This document shows positions 29,511 to 38,846 of a stretch of DNA of 64,000 nucleotides, piece after piece; within the stretch, counting starts at the first letter, position 1; every line of letters begins with the position of its first letter. The position numbers and the translations under genes are program-made. This stretch comes from Spirochaetia bacterium. Lineage in GTDB: Bacteria > Spirochaetota > Spirochaetia > SZUA-6 > Bin103. The stretch is from positions 64,001 through 128,000 of the forward strand of contig CBDAOI010000002.1 of assembly GCA_965198005.1 (NCBI GenBank). The letters run 5' to 3'. The notes under the pieces were generated by a model. It was not told where the DNA came from, ran no database searches, and saw only the letters and a list, made by a program, of their open reading frames with translations.

Positions 29511-30937
29511 GCCGCCTCCAGCGCGGGCACGAGCCGGTCGAGGGCGACTGCCCGCGAGCCCTTGAGCAGCACCGTGTCGCCGGGGCGCAGCGCCGCGACC
29601 ACGGCGCGTTCCAGCTCCGCGAAGCAGCAGGTCCGCACCAGCGGCCGGTCGTAGCCGGCGTGCGCGAGCACCGCCGCCGTGGCCTCGGTTTCGCGGCCGA
29701 ACAGGAACACCGCATCCGCCTTGACGGCGGCCAGCAGGGAACCGAGCGCGGCGTGCGCCGCCGCCGATGCCGCCCCCAGTTCGAGCATGCTGCCAAGCAC
29801 CACCAACACTCGTCCCACGTCCGGCACCGAGGTGAGCGAGCTCACCGCGGCCGCCATCGACTCGGGATTCGCGTTGTAGGCATCGTTGACGATGGTAATA
29901 CGTCCCCGTATCACCTGTGAACGCCCCGGCATCGGACGTACCGCTTCGATTCCCTGCTGGATTGCCGCCGCACTTACTCCCAGGGTCGACGCCACCGTGA
30001 TTGCGGCCAACACGTTGGCGACGTTGTGACTCCCGAATAGAGGGAAGTGAATCTGGAGACCCTCCCAGTGGATGAGCGAACCCTCCAACCCCAGAGGTTC
30101 ACTCCCCTCGTATCCGGGTGTCGTGGTCGGACCGAATCGCACCACCGTTACGTCCGGCGCCAGCGGCAGCCGTGCGCGGTCGAGCAGCTCTTCCTGCTCG
30201 GGAACGAAGGCACGCCCGCCGCGGTGGAGATACGTGAATACCCGGCTCTTCTCGTCGGCGATGCGGGCCCGCGAGCCCAGGGGCCCGATATGGGCGCTGC
30301 CGATGCCGGTGATCAGCGCGTGGTGCGGCCGCGACATCGCGCCCAGCAGATCCATCTCGCCCGCGTGGTCGATGCCCAGTTCCAGGATCGCCACCCGGTG
30401 GCGGTGATCGATCCCGCACAGCGCCAGCGGCAGGCCGATCTCCGAGTTGTAGTTGGCCGGCGCCTCGTAGGTGGGCGCATGCTGGTTGAAGATCGACGCC
30501 AGGATGCGCCGCGTGGTGGTCTTGCCGTTGGACCCGGTGACCGCGATCGACAGCAGCGCGCCGTGCCGCGCGCGGTGGTCGGTCGCCAGCCGCTGCAGCG
30601 CCGCCAGCGGGTCGGGGACCAGCAGCAGCAGCGCGTCGTGTTGGCGCGCGGCCGCCAACAGCGCCGCCGTGCGCCGCCCCCACCGGCGGCCGCCCCACCG
30701 GGAGGCGTCCACCAGCGCCGCGCGCGTGCCGGCCGCGAACGCGGCCGGCACGTAGTCATGGCCGTCGACGCGGGCGCCGGCAAGGGCCACGAACAGGGCG
30801 CCCGGCGTAACCCGGCGCGAGTCCACGACGACGCCGGTGACGCACCGGGCCGCCACCTTCGGCGCGGGCGCCGCGCCGCTGCCGGCCACCAGGTCGGCAC
30901 CGGTGATCCGGGCCAGGTCGGCCAGGGCGAGCGTCAT
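29507..30937 (-). CDS. murF: UDP-MurNAc-tripeptide:D-Ala-D-Ala ligase MurF
   Basis: AVTGSNGKTTT, NYNSEIGLP, NDAYNANPES, VLLKGSR. Confidence 0.96.
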   Translation of the reverse strand: MTLALADLARITGADLVAGSGAAPAPKVAARCVTGVVVDSRRVTPGALFVALAGARVDGHDYVPAAFAAGTRAALVDASRWGGRRWGRRTAALLAAARQHDALLLLVPDPLAALQRLATDHRARHGALLSIAVTGSNGKTTTRRILASIFNQHAPTYEAPANYNSEIGLPLALCGIDHRHRVAILELGIDHAGEMDLLGAMSRPHHALITGIGSAHIGPLGSRARIADEKSRVFTYLHRGGRAFVPEQEELLDRARLPLAPDVTVVRFGPTTTPGYEGSEPLGLEGSLIHWEGLQIHFPLFGSHNVANVLAAITVASTLGVSAAAIQQGIEAVRPMPGRSQVIRGRITIVNDAYNANPESMAAAVSSLTSVPDVGRVLVVLGSMLELGAASAAAHAALGSLLAAVKADAVFLFGRETEATAAVLAHAGYDRPLVRTCCFAELERAVVAALRPGDTVLLKGSRAVALDRLVPALEAA

Positions 30938-31272
30938 TCGCCGGCCTCCTCGGACGCCGGAGCGGGGGCCGGAGCGGGGGCCGCGGCCATCAGCCGCACC
31001 GCAATGCGGCGCTCCACCGTGAGCCGCTGCAGCTCGGGGTCGGCGCCGGCCAGCGCCGCCAGCCGTTGCGGCGACCGCAGCTCGGCGGCCGCGGCGATGA
31101 GCTGCTTGTTGCGCTCGTGCCAGAGGCGCTGCTCGCGCTCGCGCACGTTGACGGCGTTCAGCAGCCGCTCGTAGCGGTAGCCCTGCCAAGCGCCGAGCAA
31201 CAGCGCCGCCCCGAGCAGAGCGGCGGTGAGGAACAACGCCACGCGCGGAACGCGCCGGGTCTCGCTCAGCAT
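30934..31272 (-). CDS. ftsL: Cell division protein FtsL-like
   Basis: TM segment plus coiled coil and LRSPQRL motif; between rsmH and murF. Confidence 0.7.
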   Translation of the reverse strand: MLSETRRVPRVALFLTAALLGAALLLGAWQGYRYERLLNAVNVREREQRLWHERNKQLIAAAAELRSPQRLAALAGADPELQRLTVERRIAVRLMAAAPAPAPAPASEEAGE

Positions 31273-32204
31273 GGCCGGGGCACCTGCCGGCCCGGCTTTT
31301 CGGCCACCCGCAGGCGCGCGCTGCGTGCGCGCGGGTTGCGCCGCACCTCGTCCGCGCCCGGGCGCAACGGCCGGCGCGTGAGCACCTGCACCAGGGCGGG
31401 CGCGGTGGTGTCCGGCTGCGCGCTCTCCAGCAACGTGCGCTTCACGATCCGGTCTTCCAGCGAGTGAAAGGCGATGACCCCCAGGCGCCCGCCCGGCGCC
31501 AGCCGCTCGATGGCCTGGGTCAGGCCCCGCTGCAGCCGCCCCAACTCGTCGTTGACCGCGATCCGCAACGCCTGAAATACGCGCGTGGCCGGGTGCACCC
31601 CACGCCGCCGCTGCGCCGGAGGACACGCGCTCCAGGCAACCTGCTCCAGCTCGTCGCTGGTCCGGAACGGCCGCGTCGCCCGGCGGCGCACCACTTCCCG
31701 CGCCAGCCGGCGCGCCCGGCGTTCCTCTCCGTACCGATGGAACAGATCCGCCAAGATCGACTCCGGCTCCTCATTGAGAATATCGGCCGCGGTGCGCGAC
31801 AGGCGCGTGGTGAGCCGCATGTCCAACGGCTCCGCGCGCCGGAACGAGAACCCCCGGCCGCTGGCGTCGAAGTGAAAGCTGGCCACCCCGAGGTCGAGCA
31901 GCACCAGGTCGGGGGTGCGGCTGGTGCCGGCCAGGACGTCCGCGAACCAGCCGTGCACGAACTCCGCCCGGCCGCCGAACCGGCCCAGATTGGTGCGGGC
32001 GCGCGCTAGCATGGCCTCATCCGCGTCCACGGCCAGCAGCGAGAGCGAGGGGTAGCGGTCCAGGAAGCGCGCGGCATGGCCGCCGTCGCCCACGGTGCCG
32101 TCGAGCAGCAGTCCGCCGCACGGCGGCGGCGCCAGCCATTCCAGACATTCATCGACCAGTACCGGGGTGTGGGGTGCAGCGTCCGCATCAGAACTTGATC
32201 GCAC
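31266..32204 (-). CDS. rsmH: 16S rRNA m4C1402 methyltransferase RsmH
   Basis: HTPVLVDE, DGTVGDGGHA, RGFSF, FHSLEDRIVK, NPRARSARLR. Confidence 0.97.
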   Translation of the reverse strand: MRSSSDADAAPHTPVLVDECLEWLAPPPCGGLLLDGTVGDGGHAARFLDRYPSLSLLAVDADEAMLARARTNLGRFGGRAEFVHGWFADVLAGTSRTPDLVLLDLGVASFHFDASGRGFSFRRAEPLDMRLTTRLSRTAADILNEEPESILADLFHRYGEERRARRLAREVVRRRATRPFRTSDELEQVAWSACPPAQRRRGVHPATRVFQALRIAVNDELGRLQRGLTQAIERLAPGGRLGVIAFHSLEDRIVKRTLLESAQPDTTAPALVQVLTRRPLRPGADEVRRNPRARSARLRVAEKPGRQVPRPC

Positions 32205-32628
32205 CGCCGAATTCCTCAGCGGCCTCCTTGAAGAGGGAATCGCTCTCCTCCAGATAGGTCGCGTAGGTGGCCTCGTCCCAGATCTCCACCCACTTGATCA
32301 TTCCGAGAATGGTGCAATCCTTGCTGAGCCCCGCGTACAGGCGCAGGCTCTGTGGAATCGCGATCCGGCCGCTGCGATCGATCTCGGCCTCCTGCGCCGG
32401 CGCCAGAATCCGCCGCTGAATGAGCCTGGCCTTCTCTTGGAACGGCGACAGGTTGCCGATAAGGTGTTCGGATATGTGGCGCCACTCCTCGGCGGGAAAC
32501 AACCACAGACAGCGGTCGACGCCGCGCGTGAGGATCATGACGTTGCCGGTGACCACCGAACGCACCTTGGCCGGGACCATCAGGCGGCCCTTCTCGTCGA
32601 GCGCGTATCGGTACTCACCGGTAATCAT
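32188..32628 (-). CDS. mraZ: Division/cell wall cluster repressor MraZ
   Basis: LDEKGRLMVP and IDRSGRIAIP repeats. Confidence 0.97.
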   Translation of the reverse strand: MITGEYRYALDEKGRLMVPAKVRSVVTGNVMILTRGVDRCLWLFPAEEWRHISEHLIGNLSPFQEKARLIQRRILAPAQEAEIDRSGRIAIPQSLRLYAGLSKDCTILGMIKWVEIWDEATYATYLEESDSLFKEAAEEFGGAIKF

Positions 32629-32678
32629 GTTCAGTTCGCCCTATCCGGCGGACAGGCGGTAATCCTCGGCTTTATTTA

Positions 32679-32729
32679 CCACCATAATCCAACAAATCCC
32701 ACTTTCTCCCACCTGGCCACCCTTGTCAA
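32679..32729 (-). promoter_or_regulatory. dcw promoter with MraZ-binding GTGG repeats
   Basis: Minus strand: TTGACA, then GTGG-N4-GTGG-N6-GTGG-N6-TTGG-N6-GTGG (10-bp periodicity). Confidence 0.8.
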
Positions 32730-32896
32730 CAACCCTCCGGCCCCTGATTCGCGGTTTTTGGGGCGACAATTTTCAAAACACCTTGAACTTTGTAGGGGTG
32801 TTGTGGGCTTCCGGGGGTGGGCAAGCGGAAAAGCGGGTGCGGGCTTGCTCTCGGCGCGTTGCCGGGTTATGGTACTGGGAGAGAGCCGATAGTCCC

Positions 32897-33229
32897 TTGT
32901 ATCGCGTGTATTTCAAATGGAAGGGTAAGGAGGTCCAGCTCGCCGCCAGGAGCCTCGATCTCACGCATCCCTATTTCGTCTCCATCAAGGACATAGTCTT
33001 TGAGCGCCACCAGCAGTTGATCATCAACCCGTCGGAGGAGGACCTGCGCCGCACGTTCGGCAGCGCCGAGCATCTGATGATCCCGTTCCAGACGGTGTCG
33101 CTGATCGAGGAATTTCCCGACTCCGCGGTGGACCGGATCCGGCCGTTCACGCTGGTGAACGAGCTGGCGGACGATGCGGAGGCCACCGAGCCGGCGCTGG
33201 ACCGCGACGACTCCCCGCCGGTGGACTAG
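32897..33229 (+). CDS. DUF1820-like protein
   Basis: LYRVYF..FVSIKDIVF..IINPSEEDLRRTF..IPFQTVSLIEE pattern; TTG start inferred. Confidence 0.65.
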   Translation: MYRVYFKWKGKEVQLAARSLDLTHPYFVSIKDIVFERHQQLIINPSEEDLRRTFGSAEHLMIPFQTVSLIEEFPDSAVDRIRPFTLVNELADDAEATEPALDRDDSPPVD

Positions 33230-33236
33230 GCGCGGA

Positions 33237-34928
33237 TCAGCCGCGCCCCCCGTGCCGGGCCAGCAGCTCGGCCGCGTGCCGCAGCGAGACCTCGGCCCGG
33301 TGGTCGCCGGACAGCATGCGGGCCAGTTCCGCGATCCGCCGGTCGCCGGTGATCGCGGCGATCTCGGTTACGGTGCGGCCGTCGCGTTCCCGCTTCATCA
33401 CCTGCAGGTGGGTGTGCGCGCGCGCCGCCAGCGTGGCGAGGTGGGTGATGCACAGGATCTGCCGCTGCCGGGCCACGTGCGCCAGCTTGTCGCCCACCGC
33501 CAGGGCCACGGTACCGCCGATGCCGGCGTCCACCTCGTCGAATACGAGCGTGCCGACCGGGTCGGCGGCGGAGAACACCGACTTCAACGCCAGCATGACG
33601 CGCGAGATTTCCCCGCCCGACGCGATGGCGCGCAACGGCTTGAGCGGCTCCCCGGCATTGGCGGTGAACCGGAAGGCCACGCTCTCGGCGCCGGTCGCGG
33701 CAATCGCCGGAGACCGGTCGCGGGTGCGCGGCTCGAGCGCCACCGCAAATCGCGCCCGCGGCATGCCCAGCGCCCGCAACTCGCGCTGCACCTCCCGGCG
33801 CAGCCGGTCGGCGACGTCCCGGCGGCCGGCGGACAGCTCTGCCGCGGCGGCCCGCAGTTCACGCTCGAGCTGTTGCTCCCGTTGCGCTGCGCGGGTGCGT
33901 TCGGCGCCGCTGTGCTCCAGCCCGGCCAGCTCGGTCCGGGCTCGTTCGGCATGGTTCAGCACCGCCGCCACCGAGGCGCCGTACTTGCGTTGCAGCGCGC
34001 GAATCAGATCGAGTCGGGCGTGCACCGCGTCCAGCCGGTCGCGGTCGAAGAACATCCGGTCCCGGTAACCGCGCACGCTGTCCGCCATGTCCTCGAGCTC
34101 GTAGAACGCGGCTTCAACCCGCTCCCGATGGGGTGCGAACACCGGGTCGAGCGCGGTCAGCCCCTCCAGGTCGGCCAGCACCGCGCGCAGCGTGGCCAGC
34201 GCGCCGCCCCCCGCCTCCGCGGTGCGCTCGTACAGGGCGTGCACCGCGGCGCTGATCCGCTCGTGGCCGGCCAGCCGGCGCTGTTCCTGCTCCAGTTCCT
34301 GCTCCTCGTCCGGCGCGAGGCCGGCGGCGTCGATCTCGCCGATCGCGTGCCGCAGCAGCTCCAGCTCGTGCGCGCGCACCGCGGCGCCGCTCTCCAGTTC
34401 GCGCCGGCGGGCGCGGGTCGCCGCCAGCTCCGCGTGCAGCGCCGCCACCCGTCCGGCCAGCGGTTCCTGCCCGGCGTAGCGGTCCAGCAACCGGCGGTGC
34501 TGCTCGGCCCGCAGCAGCGACTGATGCTCGTGCTGACCGTGCAGGTCGAACAGGGCCTGGCCGAACTGCGCGAGCTGCGCGGCCGGCACCGGCACGCCGC
34601 CGATGAAGCTGGCCGCGCGGCCGCCGCGGCGCAGCGTGCGGCGCAGGATCACGCCGTCGTCCTCGGGCGTCAGCTCGCGCTCGGCAAGCCACGCGCGCAA
34701 CAGGTCGGCGTCGTGGTCGAGCCGGACGACCGCGCTTACCTGGGCGCTGTCGGCGCCGGTGCGGATGTCCGCGGCGCCCGCGCGCGCCCCCAGGAGCAGC
34801 CCCAGGGCGCCGATGATGATCGACTTGCCGGCGCCGGTCTCGCCGGTAAGGACGTTGAGGTGGGGGCCGAACTGGATCTCGAGGTGTTCGATCAGGGCAA
34901 AGTCGCGTACCGCCAGCGACTCAAGCAC
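33237..34928 (-). CDS. recN: DNA repair protein RecN
   Basis: VLTGETGAGKSII, HGQHEHQ, ASGGEISRVMLA, FDEVDAG, CITHL. Confidence 0.97.
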   Translation of the reverse strand: MLESLAVRDFALIEHLEIQFGPHLNVLTGETGAGKSIIIGALGLLLGARAGAADIRTGADSAQVSAVVRLDHDADLLRAWLAERELTPEDDGVILRRTLRRGGRAASFIGGVPVPAAQLAQFGQALFDLHGQHEHQSLLRAEQHRRLLDRYAGQEPLAGRVAALHAELAATRARRRELESGAAVRAHELELLRHAIGEIDAAGLAPDEEQELEQEQRRLAGHERISAAVHALYERTAEAGGGALATLRAVLADLEGLTALDPVFAPHRERVEAAFYELEDMADSVRGYRDRMFFDRDRLDAVHARLDLIRALQRKYGASVAAVLNHAERARTELAGLEHSGAERTRAAQREQQLERELRAAAAELSAGRRDVADRLRREVQRELRALGMPRARFAVALEPRTRDRSPAIAATGAESVAFRFTANAGEPLKPLRAIASGGEISRVMLALKSVFSAADPVGTLVFDEVDAGIGGTVALAVGDKLAHVARQRQILCITHLATLAARAHTHLQVMKRERDGRTVTEIAAITGDRRIAELARMLSGDHRAEVSLRHAAELLARHGGRG

Positions 34929-35790
34929 GCGGCTCCCCCGCCCAATCCAGCTTGGCGCGCAACACCTGGTAGAAGTTGCGCTCGCCGGAACGGATGATGT
35001 GCGTGCGGTGCACCGAGCGCGCGAACGTGACGCGGTCTCCCGGCCGGAGCTGCGCCTCCTCGACGCCGTCCACCATGAGGCTGATCCCGGTGCGCTGGGC
35101 GGTCTCGACCTCCACCTCCACCGGCCGGTCGGCGGGCACCACCAGCGGCCGGTTCGACAGCGTGAACGGGCAGATCGGCGTGATCACGAACGCGTCCATC
35201 TCCGGATGCAGGATCGGACCGCCGGCGGCCATCGCGTAGGCGGTGGAGCCGGTCGGCGTGGCAACGATCATCCCGTCGGCGCGATAGTTCGCCACCGCGG
35301 TGCCGAACATGTACACCCGCAGGCGGATGATCTTGGACCGGCCGTGGGCGGCGATCACGGTATCGTTGAGGGCGTCGACGCTGTTCTCGACCCGGTCGCC
35401 GGCGCGTGTGATGCGGGTTTCGAGCATGATGCGCGTGGAGACGCCGAGCGTCCCGGCAGCGTAGGCGGTATAGACGTCGCGCCATTCCGCCGCCGGGATT
35501 TCGGTAATGAACCCCACCGTGCCGAGGTTGACCGGAAGAATCGGGACGTCGCTTCCCGCCAGCAGGCGCGCGCAGTTCAGCAGCGTGCCGTCGCCGCCGA
35601 AGGAGATCGCCAGGTCGGTATCGTGCGGCACGGCCACCGCCGGGCGGGCGCCGTCGCCGAACTCCGCCTCGATCAGGGCAACCCGCTCGCGCCGGAAGAA
35701 GTGCCGCAGGTCGGCCACGAATTCGGCGCTCGCACGGGCCGTGTTGAGCAGCGCGAACACCTTGCGGATGGTTCGGGGCGATGGGTTCAT
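34921..35790 (-). CDS. nadK: NAD(+) kinase
   Basis: GGDGTLL, NLGTVGF, ADGMIVATPTGSTAYAMAAGGP. Confidence 0.95.
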   Translation of the reverse strand: MNPSPRTIRKVFALLNTARASAEFVADLRHFFRRERVALIEAEFGDGARPAVAVPHDTDLAISFGGDGTLLNCARLLAGSDVPILPVNLGTVGFITEIPAAEWRDVYTAYAAGTLGVSTRIMLETRITRAGDRVENSVDALNDTVIAAHGRSKIIRLRVYMFGTAVANYRADGMIVATPTGSTAYAMAAGGPILHPEMDAFVITPICPFTLSNRPLVVPADRPVEVEVETAQRTGISLMVDGVEEAQLRPGDRVTFARSVHRTHIIRSGERNFYQVLRAKLDWAGEPRA

Positions 35791-35802
35791 CGGCGCCCTG
35801 CT

Positions 35803-35808
35803 ATTATA
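35803..35808 (-). promoter_or_regulatory. Possible -10 element for nadK-recN
   Basis: TATAAT 12 nt upstream of the nadK ATG; no clear -35. Confidence 0.4.
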
Positions 35809-35882
35809 GCCGCTAGAGTCGGTATAACCAGGCCGCCAAGGCTGCCCAGGGCCGCCGGGACGGCCGCCGGGCGCCCGGGGCG

Positions 35883-37199
35883 CTACGGCAGGGTGGCCAG
35901 GACGCGCGCGATCTGGCCGGCGGCGGCGTCGGACAGGGTCGGGTGCATCGGGAACAGGATGCAGCGCCGGGCCAGGTCCGCGGCCGCGTGCAGGTCGAAC
36001 GGTTCCGTGGCGGCAGAGTCCGGTGCGCCGGGTTCGGGCGCGACCTGCGCTACGGCGCAGCCGTCGAACGCCAGCGCCGTTTCGACTCGGTGCCGGGAGG
36101 CGTACCGGCGCACGGCGGGCATGCCGTCCGCCACCACCACCGGGAACAGTTGGCCGGGCGCTGCCGCCGCGGCCACCCCGTCGCCGGCCGGCGCCGGGGC
36201 CAGCGTGCGATGCCGGCTGCGCGCCAAAGCGTCACGGAACAGGGTGGCCAAGTGCGCGCACCGGCGGCGATAGTCGGCCAGCTCGGGAAGCTGGGCCAGG
36301 GTGAGGGCGGCGTTCATGTCGGCCAGCTCGGTGCACCCGCGCGCAGCCGGGTAGTCCGCCAGGAACCGCTGGAGCCGGCGGCGGCGCGCCAGCACCAGCG
36401 CGCCGGCGGCGGCGGTAATTGCGCCCTCGGGCGCCAGCGCCATGACTACCACCTCACCGGCGCGGCCGGGCGCCGTGGGAAGGGCGGGCGGCGAGTCGCC
36501 GCCGGCCGCCGAACCCGTGCCGGCGCCATTGCTGCGGGCGACCTCACGCGTGCTCACGCGCCCGCCGCCGGCGTCGCTCACGGCGCCGAGCGCAGTGGAG
36601 GTGACATCCTCGACCATGGGCAGGCCAAGCTCACGCAGGACGTCGAGCGGTTCGGTCTGCCCCAATGGGTGATGCACCACCAGCGCCACCGGTTTCGGTC
36701 CCTGCTCCGGTTCGGTTGCGGCCAGCCGCCGCAACCGGTCGAGACACAGCGTGCCGGAATCGGGATCGACCTCCACCAGCACCGGAGTCAGCCCGAGCCG
36801 CCGGGCGGCGCGCACGTAGCCGTACGGCACCAGCGCGGACATCAGCACCCGGCCGGGGCCGCGGCCGTCGCCCTGCTCGTCGCCGGCGGTCACCGCCTCC
36901 AGCGCCGCCCCGAGCGCGGCGCCTTCGTCGGCCATGGCCGCGCCGCCGAGCAGGCCCAGCCGGACGGCCAGCTCGCGCACCAGCCTGCGCGCCAGAGCTC
37001 CCGGCCCGATCGCCTCCGACACCAGACATTCCAGCACTGCGTGCATCTGCCGGCGGCGGATCGTGGGGCGAAACAACGGTACCGCCTCGGGCTGTCGATT
37101 GCCGGTCTCGCGCACGCCCGCGCGGCGGATGCCGGCCCGCCGGACATGCGGCTGCCGGATGGCGGCGGCGGCGGCGCCGGTCTGCCGAATGCGCGCCAC
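35883..37199 (-). CDS. DegT/DnrJ/EryC1/StrS aminotransferase-like protein (degenerate)
   Basis: PLFRPTI, PVLVEVDP, LPMVED, ILFPMHPTL; TAGTG overlap with pcm. Confidence 0.75.
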   Translation of the reverse strand: MARIRQTGAAAAAIRQPHVRRAGIRRAGVRETGNRQPEAVPLFRPTIRRRQMHAVLECLVSEAIGPGALARRLVRELAVRLGLLGGAAMADEGAALGAALEAVTAGDEQGDGRGPGRVLMSALVPYGYVRAARRLGLTPVLVEVDPDSGTLCLDRLRRLAATEPEQGPKPVALVVHHPLGQTEPLDVLRELGLPMVEDVTSTALGAVSDAGGGRVSTREVARSNGAGTGSAAGGDSPPALPTAPGRAGEVVVMALAPEGAITAAAGALVLARRRRLQRFLADYPAARGCTELADMNAALTLAQLPELADYRRRCAHLATLFRDALARSRHRTLAPAPAGDGVAAAAAPGQLFPVVVADGMPAVRRYASRHRVETALAFDGCAVAQVAPEPGAPDSAATEPFDLHAAADLARRCILFPMHPTLSDAAAGQIARVLATLP

Positions 37200-37882
37200 T
37201 AAGCGGTGCTCCCGGCGGCGGCGCTGCCGCGGCTGCTTACCAACGGCACGAAGCGGCACGCCACGCCGGCGCTGACCTCGAACCGTGCTCCCCGGCGCCG
37301 CACGATCTGCAACCGCTGCCCGGCCTCGACCCCCACCGGCATCACCAGGATTCCGTCATCGGCCAACTGCTCGCGCAGCGGCGCCGGTACCGCCGGCGCC
37401 CCCGCCGTCACGAGAATGCGGTCGAACGGCCCCGCGTCGCGCCAGTCCGACACACCGTCTCCCACCCGCGCATGCACATTGAAAAAGCCCAGCTCCCGCA
37501 GTGCGGCCACCGCCTGGACCGACAGCGGCGCGATCCGTTCGATGGTGTAGAGCTCGGCCACCAGCCGCGCGAGCACCGCCGACTGATAGCCGCTGCCGCT
37601 GCCTACCTCCAGCACCCGTTCGTGACCGTGCAGCTCCAGCAGCTCGGTCATCAGTGCCACCATGTACGGCTGCGACATGGTCTGGCCGTAGCCGATCGGA
37701 ATCGGGGCGTCGTGGTAGCATGCGGCCGGGTCGCGGCCGGGAGCGAAGCGGTGGCGCGGGACGGTACGCATCGCCGCCAGCACCCGCTCGTCGCAGACGC
37801 CGCGGGCCGCGAGCTGGCACTCCACCATGCGCGCCGCCAAGCCGGAGACCGCGGCGGGCTCGGCCGGCGTAACGGCGGTCAC
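37199..37882 (-). CDS. pcm: Protein-L-isoaspartate O-methyltransferase
   Basis: VPRHRF, IGYGQTMSQPY, VLEVGSGSGYQ, PFDRILVTA, FVPLV. Confidence 0.95.
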   Translation of the reverse strand: MTAVTPAEPAAVSGLAARMVECQLAARGVCDERVLAAMRTVPRHRFAPGRDPAACYHDAPIPIGYGQTMSQPYMVALMTELLELHGHERVLEVGSGSGYQSAVLARLVAELYTIERIAPLSVQAVAALRELGFFNVHARVGDGVSDWRDAGPFDRILVTAGAPAVPAPLREQLADDGILVMPVGVEAGQRLQIVRRRGARFEVSAGVACRFVPLVSSRGSAAAGSTA

Positions 37883-37897
37883 GCGCGCCAGCCGCCG

Positions 37898-38104
37898 CTA
37901 GGACGAGACGACCGCGTCGGCAGCCCGGGTCGCGCCTCGCACCCGCGCGTCCTTGGCGTGCAGCCTGGATAGCTTGTAACTCTTCAACAGGATACGGATC
38001 GCGTCATTCACCGCTTCCGCTCGGTCGTGGTAGAATCCCCGCCGGATCATCTCATCCAGCCCCTCCAGCAGATACTCCGACGTCTCGACGTACGCTTTTG
38101 ACAC
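37898..38104 (-). CDS. Small ribbon-helix-helix (CopG/Arc-like) protein
   Basis: LLEGLDEMIRRGFYHDRAEAVNDAIR pattern; GAGGGG RBS. Confidence 0.65.
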   Translation of the reverse strand: MSKAYVETSEYLLEGLDEMIRRGFYHDRAEAVNDAIRILLKSYKLSRLHAKDARVRGATRAADAVVSS

Positions 38105-38148
38105 TGGCTTCCCCTCCTCACCCGGTGTACCCGATACGATCGGTCCGT

Positions 38149-38222
38149 TGGGCCTGGCTAGAATTGAACTAGCGACCTCACGCTTATCAGGCGTGCGCTC
38201 TGACCAACTGAGCTACAGGCCC
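38149..38222 (-). tRNA. tRNA-Ile (GAT), CCA not encoded
   Basis: GGGCCTGTAGCTCAGTTGGTCAGAGCGCACGCCT-GAT-AAGCGTGAGGTCGCTAGTTCAATTCTAGCCAGGCCCA folds as a cloverleaf. Confidence 0.97.
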
Positions 38223-38317
38223 GCGCTCCCGCGGTACCGACCAACGGCCGATATGACCGATGATGGCGCGGCCGGCCGCCCCTGTCAACGGCCCGCGGAT
38301 CACTTGGATCACTTCGG

Positions 38318-38662
38318 TCAATCGGAGGAATCGGCAGCCGCCGGGTCCTCGCGCGACTGCTCCAGCGCCTGCTCCTTGTCCTTGATGCGGCGCTCGAGAT
38401 CGGCCAGCTCGGCAACCAGCTCTTTCACCCCCGCCGTGTTGCGGGATACGGTGTTCTGGTTGCGCTTGCTGAGCGCGTCGTAGACCTCGGCGCCGAGGCG
38501 CGTCATCAGTTTCGCCGACTGCCGCTCAAGCTGGATCAGGTCGAACTTGAGCACGCCCTTCTCGCCCAGGTCCTTGGCGCCCCCGCGCGCCTTGTCGAGC
38601 ACACCGCGCGAGGCATCGAGCCCCTGCTCCATCACCTTCTCGATTCGGGTCCAAAGCGTCAT
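38318..38662 (-). CDS. Hypothetical coiled-coil protein
   Basis: GAGGAG RBS, GC3-biased 114-aa helical ORF. Confidence 0.75.
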   Translation of the reverse strand: MTLWTRIEKVMEQGLDASRGVLDKARGGAKDLGEKGVLKFDLIQLERQSAKLMTRLGAEVYDALSKRNQNTVSRNTAGVKELVAELADLERRIKDKEQALEQSREDPAAADSSD

Positions 38663-38846
38663 GCGACTTCTCCTCGATCAGCCGCCGCGGCGGCTGCTGA
38701 CTCGCTGGTAAATGTACCGAGGAGGCCGGTCGCCGACTACCGGGAACTCACGGAACTCACTGCGCGGCAGAATCCCGCGAATCCCGCCGACCCCTTTGCA
38801 TGCACGGCGCCGGGTACTTAGAATCCTCAGGATACCTGTACTGCGA

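Noticed and set aside
19647-37972. Many long antisense or alternative-frame ORFs (for example 19647-21107, 24896-26164, 33174-34997)
   Set aside because: Shadow ORFs expected at very high GC opposite well-supported housekeeping genes; they carry no motifs of their own
38149-38222. tRNA-Ile as an island integration site
   Set aside because: It is flanked by housekeeping genes, and I saw no duplicated tRNA 3' end or adjacent integrase
38663-38846. SAH riboswitch upstream of ahcY
   Set aside because: A ccgaggag stretch is present, but I could not find the rest of the expected conserved core; only short direct duplications (ggaactcac, gaatcccgc). An Rfam scan would settle it
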